A DNA stretch of 64,000 nucleotides from Hemiscyllium ocellatum (taxonomy: Eukaryota), in contig NC_083409.1 of the NCBI RefSeq assembly GCF_020745735.1, forward strand, positions 9,289,534 through 9,353,533. The letters run 5' to 3'. The notes below the pieces were generated by a model. It ran no database searches and was not told the origin of the DNA. It saw nothing but the letters and a program-made list of their open reading frames with translations. This document shows positions 35,901-47,900 of the stretch, one piece after another; within the stretch, counting starts at the first letter, position 1; every line of letters begins with the position of its first letter. The translations under genes were made by a program, and so were the position numbers.

Positions 35901-38900
35901 ACCATTAGCCCAGTATTCCTTATTCCTGTTGCTCCTTCCTAACTGAATCACCTCATACTTTTCTGCATTAAACTCCATTTGCCACTTCTCAGCTCAGCTC
36001 TGCAGCTTATCTATATCCTTCGGTAACCTGCAACACCCTTCAGCACTATACACAACTCCACTGACCTTCTTGTCATCTGCAAATTTACTCACCCATCATT
36101 CTATGCCCTCATCTGAGTCAAAAATGACAAACAGCAGTGCACCCAAAATAGATCCTTGCGTTACATCACCCGTTATTGAACTCCAGGATGAACATTTCTC
36201 ATTAGCTACTACACTCTGTCTTCTTTCAGCGAGCCAATTTCTGATCCAAACAGTTAAATCACCCTCACTCCCATGCCTCTGTATTTTGTGCAATAGCCTA
36301 CAGTGGGAAATTTATCAAATGCGTTACTGAAATCCATATACACCACATCAACTGCTTTACCCTCATCCATCTGTTTGGTCACTTTCTCAAAAGAACTCAA
36401 TAGGGTTTGTGAGACACGACCTACCCTTCACAAAATGAGTTGACTATCCCTAATCAACATATTCCCTTCTTGATGATTATAAATCCTACCTCTTATAACC
36501 TTTTCCAACATCTTACCCAGAACCGAATGAGGCTCACTCGTCTATAATAACAGGGTTGTTTTTACTCCCCTTCTCAAACAAGGGGACAACATTTGTTATC
36601 CTCCAGTCTTCTAGCACTGCTCCTGTAGACAACGACGACATATAGATCAAAGGTCAAGGTTTTGCAATCTCCTCCCTGGCTTCTCAGAAAATCCTCGGAT
36701 TAATCCCATCTGGCCCAGGGGACTTATCTATTTTCACACTTCCTCGAATTGCTAACTCCTCCTCGTCAACCTCAATCCCATCTAGTCTAATAGCCTGCAT
36801 CGCAGTATTCTCCTTGACAACACTGTCTTTTTCCAGTGTAAAAATGAACAAAAAATATTCTTTAAGTGCTTCCCCATCTCCACGGACTCCATGCCCAACA
36901 TCCCACAACTATCCTTGATTGGCCCTAATCTTTCTCATCATTCTTTTCTTCCTTATATATTTATAGAAAACTTGATGGTTTTCCTTGATCCTATCTGCCA
37001 GTGATTTCTCATGTCCCTTCTTAGCTCTCTCTTTTGGTCTTTCCTGGCTAACCCGTAACTCTCAAGCACTCTGACTGAGCTTTACATCTCATCCTAACAT
37101 AAGTTTTCTTCATCCTCTTGACAAGAGATTCAACTTCTTTAGTAAGCCACAGTTCCCTACACATGGTATAATGATGCTCAAATTTACAGACAAACTTGGA
37201 TAAATCTGCCCAAATAGATCTCACAGTGTCACCACTGCTGAATTCGCAACTAAACCAGAAAGAGAATGATCAGGGTTTAAGATTTTGTTTAGCAGCAAAG
37301 TCTTCTTAATATTTTATAACTGTAATGCCCCTCCATTCTTGTCATACTCAATTTGAAGAAATTTTATTTCAACAAGACAGTGTTTATGCTCACAAAATTA
37401 AAAAGGATATTTTGAAAGAAAATCTGGAAATAAAAGGTTGGTGTCAGTAAAAGTGTCCACAAAGATGTTGAGCAGCCGGAAAAACCCAAATAATTCACGG
37501 ACGGACTTTGAAGGAAATCTTTTGCCCACAACTAGTATGGCATACGTGACTACAGTATTACGGCAGCATGGATGCATGCATACCATACTGACCAAGCATT
37601 GACCATCTCTTGCAATCGTTTTGATATGAAGTGGTATTATCATCACTGCTTCCCTCACAATTATCACATTAGAGTTACCCTCGACCTGAAACTAAAATGG
37701 ATCAGCTATACAATACTGGGTCAACAAAAGCAGGTCGGAAGCTGAAAATTCTTCACTAAGTAACTTACTTTCTGTCTCCCCAGTACATGCCCAAGATGCA
37801 GAACACCAAATAGGATGTAGCAACCTGCTACAGTGAGAGCTTTGTGCACTATATGATGCACTGCAGAAACTCACTCAATTCCTTCAATAGCATCTTCAAA
37901 GCCTGAGACCTCTACCATCTAAAAGGACACAGACAGTAGATAACATGGTAACACCATTACTTGTAAGCTCCTCTGCAAGCCACACATCGTCCTGACTTAG
38001 GAATACATCATTCCTTCACTGCTATAGGATCAAAATCCCAGGTACTCCTTTCCTGTCAGCATTGTGGTTGTACCTGTAGCAGGTGAACTGCAGATGTTTG
38101 AGGAAATGACTCACTATCACCTTCCCAAGTGCAATGAAGGATGGACAACAATACTGGCCTTACCAGCAGCGAAGAAGTCTATTGAAATTATTTGTTTAAA
38201 ATCCTGACCTGTGGGTGAGGACAACAGTCTTGCAACAATCTATTCCAGAGCCTTGAACTCCAAACCTAACAGCACTTGCGAGTTGATACGTTTATATTGA
38301 CTAAGCAGACTGCAGTGGCTCAAGGCAGCTCAACACCATGACCATTTCGAGAATGAGGGAGAGTAAATAAATACCAGCATTACCGCAACATCCCAAGTTC
38401 AAAGAACAAACTTAAAAATTTGAAAAAAAAATCAAAATTGGCTTCATTCTACTCAATCCAAACAGTGATAAGGGGAAAGATGACGTGAATACCTAGCTTC
38501 TGCACAACAGCCTCACTGCAATGAGAATAGACACTAGCTTTCCCCCTTCTCCGGAAAGGATTACTGGAAGGATCTGCACATTTTTACATTGCATTTTTGA
38601 AAGGCTATACAGCTTACCATCACTGCATAGGTCAGCTACTCACTTTTTCTGGTGTTCCAACCAAGCCAGCTCTGCTTTGGTCTTTTCCTTCATGGCTTGT
38701 TCTCTCAGTTTGAGGAGGGACACCCGGTGCTGTGCACGCATCTCCTCCTCCTCCACGTATTGTCGCACCATCTCCATGGTGAATTTACAGAAACTGTCTT
38801 GACCTCCCGAGAAGGACATGCTGAAATCATGCTGGACAGTGAAAGACAGGAGGACAAACAGTACAGAGTGAGGTGATCTGCTTCCCCTGACCCAAGCAAA

Positions 38901-41900
38901 ATTTGTCCTGTAATCCACAAAACCTCAGGACTGAGTGCAGACAACAACAACAATTAAAAGTAGTTGGAGCATCATCAGATATGCCAATCATGCTGCATCA
39001 CAAGTGATCCCATCAAACTATCCCAATATTTATCAGGATGAGTAAATGCTGACTGTTTCATTTCATCATCTGTGAAACACATTAAGACTGGCAAAGTCCC
39101 TCATACTGATAATTTTCTGGTCAGGACTCCAGTTACTAATTTGCTGCCAGGTTCTGATAAATAACCAAAAACAGAATAGGAGTTGCACATACAGAGAATA
39201 AGGGTGTCATGGTTACATCAACATTAGCCAGGAGGTGGCTATTTAGCTTTTTGAGCCTATTCCACCATTCACCCAAATCATGGTAATCTTCAACATCATG
39301 ACAAATCCCTGTCTTTGTCCCATAATCCTTCAGCATTTTGGTTAAAAATCTACCAATCTCAGATTTAAAATTTGTAACTGATTTCAAATCAATCACTGTT
39401 TGTGGAAGGGAGTTTCAAACTTCATCCATTTCTGTGTGTAAAAGTGTTCCACAATATCACACCTCAATGTTCTGACTCTAACATGTTATCTATTTAATCT
39501 CTCTTCTTAAATTAAGCCTCGGAGCCCAAGTATCACTTCAGTAAGTCTACATTGCACTTCCACTAAGAGTGATACTCTTCTTAAGCCATGGTGCCCAGCC
39601 CTGACGGATTGGTCTGACTCGGTTATGAATTGCTGAAGAGGAGAAAGTGAGGTCTGCAGATGCTGGAGATCAGAGCTGAAAATGTGTTGCTGGAAAAGCG
39701 CAGCAGGTCAGGCAGCATCCAAGGAACAGGAAATTCTGATGAAGGGCTTATGCCCGAAACGTCGAATTTCCTGTTCCTTGCACGCTGCCTGACCTGCTGC
39801 GCTTTTCCAGCAACACATTTTCAGCTTTGAATTGCTGAAGCATGACTTCTAATCCTTTGCTTTTGCAACTTCTTTGGATATAAATGTCAACATTCCACTG
39901 ATCCTTGTTCACTGTTTTGAGCCTGTTTGTGACATTTTCATGAACTACATACAGCTGGATCACCCCCATCAAGTTTCTTTGAACTCCACTGTCTCTCGAT
40001 TTTCACAATCAAGAAATATCCTATCTTGATCCAACCTCTCACTTGCTGACACAAACTCATCTGTAGATTTTTCATTTACTTCATCTATCAAGATTGTTTT
40101 CTTATTTTATGCTTTCATCTACCTACACTCGAGATCGCTGCTAATCTGGAGAGAGGCCCCAAGTTTTGAATGTGGCTTTCCTTTCATCATGAATAGCGAA
40201 TAGTTAGGGCACCGACATAGATCCATGCAAGATATCACTAACCATATCCTTCCAATTAGAATATCTCTTATTATCTGCACAAATGTCTCTTGTTCAAATC
40301 AAATTCCTCTGCAAGCGCCACTTGTCTTTTGCATCTTATTACCACCTTTAATGGACAGTAGAAAGTTGTAAATTCAGGGATATTCTTAGCAGTCAAATTT
40401 AGCTTGTGTTTACCGGACGAGGTGAGCAAGGAATCCCAGTAAATATTAATCTTTGTCTTCACTGCATGGTAACTCGATCACAAAGATTAACAATGTAAAA
40501 GATTAATTCCTCTTCAATATTTATAAACTCTGGGCACATTGTTAGTGAGTGGTAATTATCATTTGTAAAAAACAGCCCCTGCCCAACACTTCCCTTATAC
40601 TCATTGACCCATCTGCTCCTCATCCTCTACATCTGAGTCTCATAGCAAGATACCTAGAACATGGAGAGGAGCAACTATGCCAAGCACTGAGATCCCACAA
40701 ACTGGCACCATCACTCACCCTTGGCTAACCCATGGGAGAACTCACTTTGACAGCTATTGAAGCCGATTGATCCTGCAGAATGTCCTCATCGGAATCATCC
40801 TGCTGCCTGTGTTTCTTCCCCATGTTAAAGCAGCAATGGCTCTTTGATGGCAGAAGGGGATAAAAGGATTGCTCTTCAATTTCATCCTCAGTCATTGACT
40901 CATCGAACTCAGTGGCAACAGAAGCAGAGTCTGGAGAGACAATAAATGATTTACATTGTTCTTTGTTATTTTCCATTGTTCACTGAAAGATTTAGAACTT
41001 GAACATGAAGTTAAAGGCTGAGCTAGAATCCTTGGATTAGTTTTCTGCCCAAGGAGCAGAGTTGGGTTACAATTCTTGATTCAACACAACTGTTATGTTG
41101 AATCACACATTGTTTAAGGGGACATGTGGAAGTTTCCATCTGCACAACCACAGATCCAAGGGGAACACAAGGAAGTTGGATTGAATAGCTTGAGCACATG
41201 ACTGAATAAAGGAATCTTGAAATAAATTAGTGCTCAACTTGTTACTATTTGACCCACATATCCTTTGGGTATGGAAGGAGTGCTTACATGACAGTTGATT
41301 TGAATCATCTAATTGAAGAGACACAAATCCCCATTTAAGTCATGAGATCAGTGAAAGGACAAAACACCATTTCTGGTTAAAGAATTCGCCTTTCTCACCA
41401 GGTAATGAAGGCAGACTGTCACTGTGGATCGAGTTGTCAGCTGTTGTTTGAACCACCTCTTCAATAGAGCTGTTTCCCTTTGTATGGTGGGAGGTTCTGC
41501 TTTTCTCCAAGAATGGTACGGATGGGCTGTCTTGTTTACTGCTGCCACTGCTGCCATAGAAATGTCACAGATCAACACACATGCACAGATTTAGAACGCA
41601 AAAACAGAGTCTCGGTATTTGAGATTTACATAGGCCTCCTTCTGTATCTCTCCACCTAAACCCATCAACATATTTTTTTTCGATCACTTGTATTCCAAGC
41701 TTCTTCTTGAATTCATCTGTTGTTTGCTTCAATTATTCCTGGTGGTGTAATTTTGACCTCAAACCTCTTTCTGGGTAAAGACCTTCCCCACCAGCCCCCA
41801 CCTCCTCCCCAGCAAATTCCCTGTTGGATGTAATAGTGACTACAATTGTATCCACAGCTCCAGTGGATAGTGTCATTCACAAGCAGAAATATCTTTTCTA

Positions 41901-44900
41901 TGTCAACCCTATCAAACCCCGACATAACTTTAATGGCCTCGACCATGATACTCTTTTTCAACAAGACAAGACTGTCCAATCTTGCTTGATGGATTCAAAT
42001 TCAGTTTTGATATAATTCCAGTAAATATTTTTAATATATTCCCTACTGCCTCTACATCCATATTACAATGGATCAGAACTGTTTGCAGTGCTCCAAGGGT
42101 GATCTGTTCATGGTTCTACACATATCTAACACATCTCCATTCTGTAGCCCCAGAAATAAACCCATGCTCAACTTTTCTTTGTAACCTGATGAACCGGTAT
42201 CATTTACTGCTAGTGACTCATTTTTATCACCAAATTCCTCACCATCAACATTCTGGGGGGTTACTATTGACTAGAAATTGAACTGGACTTGCCATCTGAC
42301 TACTGTGGCTACAAGAGAAGGTCAGAGGCAATGAATCCTGCAAAAATAAACCACCTCCCGAATCCCTGAAGCCTGTCCACCATCTACAATCCTCAAGTCA
42401 GAAGTGCAATAGACTATTCGCCACTTGGCTTGGTTTGGGTGCAGCTCCAAGAACACTCAAGAAGCTTGACGTCAGCTGGAAAAAGCAGACTGCATTCACT
42501 CCCTCCACCACTAATGCCCAGGGCAGCAGTGTGTACTATCGACAAGATACACTGCAGAAATTCATAACACTTCAATATGGATCGTACAAACCCATGACTA
42601 GTACCATCTCGAAGTCAAGGGAAGCAGATTCATGGGAACACCGCCACCTACAGGTTCCCTTCCAAGCTACTACCATCTTGAGTTGTAAATCTTTCAGCTG
42701 TCCTTAAGTGTCATTGGGCCAAAATTCTGGAACTCCCTCCCAACAGCACGACCAGTCGGCCTACATGGACTGCAGTGATTCAAAAAGGGAGCTCACAGCC
42801 ACCTTCTCAAGCGCATTAGAATTAGCCAATAAATGTTCGCACAGCCAGTGACATCCACATTCCATAAATTAATTCATTAATTAACATTGCCTCCTTCCTT
42901 CCACAGCACCCCCATCCATATATCCCTGCGCTTCTCAAACACAAGGCCTTGAGTAGCATGTGGTAACCCACAAGGAGGCCGAAGCCACATTTAGGAATCT
43001 CTTGAGGCCCTGAGCCATGCTCAGCAAGGGGTGGTCCTGAATGAACAATAATCCCCAGCGATTCACTCACCGCAGGCAACAGTGAAACCATCAGTTGCCA
43101 ACTTTTTCACAAAGAGGTTGAGTCGGACATAGAATGAACGGCCAGCGGAAGTGGGAGATGCAAGTACAGTTACAATATTCAAAAGGCATTTGGAGAGGGA
43201 CACGAATAGGAAAGGTTGAGGAATATGGGTCAAATGCAGGCTAATTGGACTAGTTTAGTTTGGGAAATTTGGTTGGCATGGACGAGTTGGACCGAAGGGT
43301 CCGTTTCCATGTCGTATGACTCTGATTCCATTCCTTTCAGCCACAGTGGCATTTTGCAATTTCCCAACGTATGGTGTAATTGAACAAGTCAATGGAGGTT
43401 TTTGGCACCAGGACCACAGTACTCTGTTGGGAAGGTGTTGAGTAGGAGCTGCAATTTAGTGGGCATTTAATAAACAAAATACAGAAGAAATATATAAGGA
43501 AATTACTGCAGATGATGGAATCTGTACTGAAAACAACAAATGCTGGAGCTCACAGCAGATGAGGCAGCATCCATGGAGACTGAGCAAGCTAACATTGAGT
43601 CGAGATGACTCTATCAGAGCTCTGATGAGGAGTCATCTCGACTCAAAATGTTAGCTTGCTCTCTCCATGGATTTTTAAAAATAATATGTTTATGGGATGA
43701 GGGTGTCACTGACTAGGCAGCATTTATTGCCCATCCCTAACTGCCCTCTGGGCAGTTCAGAGTCAACCTCATTGCTGTGTGTCTGGAGTAGGCCAAACTA
43801 GGCAAGGATGGTAGTTTCCTACCTAAATGATTTTAGTGAACCAGATGGGTTTTTCCCAACAATCGACCAAGGATTCATAGTCATTTGATTCTTAATTCCA
43901 GATATTTTAGATTAGATTAGACTTACAGTGTGGAAACAGGCCCTTCGGCCCAACAAGTCCACACCGACCCAAGCGCAACCCACCCATACCCCTACATTTA
44001 CCCCTTCTAACACTACGGGCAATTTAGCTTGGCCAATTCACCTGACCCGCACATCTTTGTGACTGTGGGAGGAAACCGGAGCACCCGGAGGAAACCCACG
44101 CAGACACGGGGAGAACGTGCAAACTCCACACAGTCAGTCGCCTGAGTCGGGAATTGAACCCGGGTCTACAGGCGCTGTGAGGCAGCAGTGCTAACCACTC
44201 CACCGTGCCGCCCACCATTGAATTTATTGAATTCAAATCGAACCCGGTTCTCCGGGGCGTTATCTGGATCTCTGGATTAACAGTCCAGCAATAATACCAC
44301 TGGGCCATCACCTCTCCACTGTGATCTCCAATATTTGTTGTTTTCAGTACTCAAGAGATATGTTTTGGATTAATATTGTACTATGTAAAAGCATCCACAG
44401 CGAACATAAATAGCCCACCTCCGATCATGATGTTTGAGTCTGGATGACTCAGTCAGACTGTCTAATAAAGTGGAGTTACGCATTTTAGTGTCTGGCAGTT
44501 TCTCTGCAGATCCAGCTGGTGTTGGGCTGCACTCGTTCTTTCTACGATGAAACAAAGAAAGAAACAACGATCAGCTACTTCTAGCTAAGTCTCTGGATTC
44601 AATTCCACCACAGCCAAAGCAGTTTTTTTTTTAATTCAAACAATTTTTTCAGTGAAGGACATCTCAGCAAGCTCACCATCTCCTGTCTCAGTTCAATGGA
44701 AAATGGGATCAATACTGCAACACCTACTGTCCCTTAAACAGACTTCCAGCTAAGCTGAGTTTACAATCTTGTTCTTTGACAGGTTGCAACAGGTTTTGCA
44801 CAAGGGAGCGTGCAGACAGGACAAACTTCAATTATATTCAACACAAGCAAAGGCAATTCAGTTTAAATGAGATGGGTTAATTGAGATCAGGCCTCAGGTG

Positions 44901-47900
44901 AGGATACAAAATAGTCAAGTTTGGAATTTCCAGAGACCATCAAGATTGTACATTCAATTACTGAAGTTTGTCTCATGTTTCTTTCCTAATCAACACTTCT
45001 GGAGCAGGTAGGATTTATCCAGGCCTCTGGCTCAAAGTTGGAGACATGACCACAGCATCACAAGAGCACTTTGTTTTAGACTGAGTAACTCGTGGGATAA
45101 TTTGCCCAATTATCTTACTAATCTGCAAGATACTGTTACCATCCCAAAGGTGGGAAAAAAGCAAGGTATATAATGGGAGGTAAGATGTTATAACAGTCTC
45201 TATCACAAGGGACAAAGTATCTTCCAGCAGTTTTTTGCTCATCCTTCGATAGTTTGAAATTCTCAAATTTTCTGGCCTACCACCACCTTTGCAGTTTTGT
45301 ATATCTTTTCTTTCAATTTGATGTCACCCACAATTCCTTTAGCTATGCCCCGCTGTTGGCACCTTTTCATTGTGCATTTCTTTTATAAATAAATGTACAT
45401 TGTTGAGAATTATGAAATAACTGAATAGGTTCTTCTGCTTTAACACTCTAACCTCTCGTCACATTCCCAGTTAGCTCACTATTACTTTATACCCTTGTGA
45501 CTGTCTTTAACTTTAGATACTAGTTCAAGAACCAAATTCCTTCGCCTAAAGCTAAATTCTATTATGCTGCATTGAATCTTACCAAAAGGGTCTTTAATTT
45601 TGAACTCATTAATCAATCATATTACCAAGTCCCTGACTGGTTCAAGAACAAAATGTTTGAAGAAACTGTACAGAGCAGTCTACCTCAAATTGCTGCAGAA
45701 GGTAAGAGTGCACAATACTATTTTAACTAACAGAGTGCCTTCTGAATACCAGGATTCTGTTAGACCCCCAAAATTACTCTGAGCATAGAATAGAATAGAA
45801 TTCCTACAGTGTGGAAACAGGCCCTTCGGCCCAACAAATTCACATCAACCCTCTGAAGAGTATCCCAACCAAACCTATCCCTTAACACTATTACTCAACA
45901 TTTACCCTGACTAATGCACCAAACCTGCACATCCCTGAACACTATTGGCGATTTAGCACGGCCAATTCACCTCACCTGCACATCTTTGGATTGTGGGAGA
46001 AAACCGGAGCACTCAGAGGAAACCCTGCAGACACAGGAGAATGTGCACGGACAGTCATCTGAGGCTGGAGTCACCTGGGTGCCTGGCGCTGTGAGGCAGC
46101 AGTGTTAAACACTGAGCCACCTCCTTTTTCCTAAAAGACTGAGTGCATTGACCCTGCCTCTCCTGATCACAGATAATAGCAAAAACATCCAAAACTGTGC
46201 ATCACATCAAGCAACAAGCCTTAGGTTATGAAGCCAAGAAGCTTAATATTATTGATCAGGTTTGGGACAGTGTAAAAATCTTACCTGTCAGGTTCAGCTC
46301 TGGTTCGAAGTTGGTTCATGAAGTCTGAATGTTGCTGCCTCTGTTGGTCCAGCAGCACTGTCACTGGCACAGGAGCTGTTCCATGAGGTGGGTTTGTGGC
46401 AGTCAGAGATCCTGCTGCAACCTGTGCACATGCCAACTCAGTCATCTAAACCAGCAAGAATTAGCACAGCACAGGTTAGAAGACAACTTGGATCACATCT
46501 TGCTTTTGAAATCAGAGGCCCCCTACTCAACCCATCGCATGTGTGCCGCCTCTTTGGAATAGCTATTTGGCTAGACCCCTGCTCTCACAATGTTGCAAGT
46601 AATTTATTTTTGCAAGTATTCAAATTAATTCTGGAACTAATCCTGAATCAGCTGCCACCTCCTTTCCAGATGCTCCCAGCTCTTCTGTGAAACAGCAAAA
46701 ACCAATGAGAACATCATTAAAATTGAAGCATCCGGTGTTAAAAAATTCACATGCTCCGTCACTGGGATATGATGGGCTTTTTTTCATAACGCTGAGCAAA
46801 ATGTTATTTGAGGCAGAAAGGAGAACTCTAAGAGAAAGGTGAACCACCCGTGGGTAACAAAGGCAGTCAAGGACAGTACCAACAAGGAAAAGAACGACAC
46901 AGCAGCGGAGGACGAAAAAGGAAAAAAAAATTGATCATGAAATTAAATTGACAAGATACAAAAACGAATGGCAAAAGTTTCTACAGGTATGTAAAAAGTG
47001 AGTAGCTAAAGTGAGCATCGAACCCTTGGAGGTTCTGATTCGGGAATTGATAATGTGTACAGGGAAAACAGCAGATAATTTAAACCGATATTTTACATTG
47101 GTCTTCATGGAGGAGAATACCGTTATCATCCCAAAGATAGCAAAAAGCAAGGTATGTGTGGGAGGAAAAATGCTACAACAGTCTTTGTCACAAAGGACAA
47201 AGTAATGACAAACTAATAGGATTAAAGGCAGACAGGACCTAATGTCCTGTATCAAACATTTTTTTAAGGCAACTGGCTGCAGAGATATTCAAGGCATCAA
47301 TTGAATTATTCCCGAATCAGTGGATACAGGGAGCTTCCAGTGGATTGATGCGCCTGTTCAAGAAGGGAGGGAGACAGAAATCAGGAAAGTTAGTTTAATA
47401 TCTGTTTTGGCAGAACAGCAGAGTTGATTATTAAAGGAAGAAATAGATTTGGAAAAGCTTATCATTAAACATGGTAGACTGGATTTTCTGAAAGGGAACT
47501 ATATTTGACAAATTTGCTAGAGTTCATTAAGAAGATAAGAAGTAGGGCAGATAAAGGAGAATCTGATGATGTTCTGTATTTGGATTTTAAAAATGAATTT
47601 GATAAGGTGCTACATAAAAGTTAATTGCACAAGATAGGAGCTCACGGCATCGGGGGCCATGTATTAGCATGGACTGAGGATTGGTTAACCACAATGGCTG
47701 TTGCTGAGACCTCACGTGGAGTACTGTATACAATGTTTGCTCTCATATTTAAGAAAGGATAAACTAGCATTGGAGGCCACTCAAAAAAAGATTCATTTAG
47801 TTGCTTCAAGGATGAAAAGGTTGGTCTGTCAAGAATAGGTCAAGTCATTATTCAATAGAGTCTGGACAAAGGTGGGCGGCACGGTGGCACAGTGGTTAGC

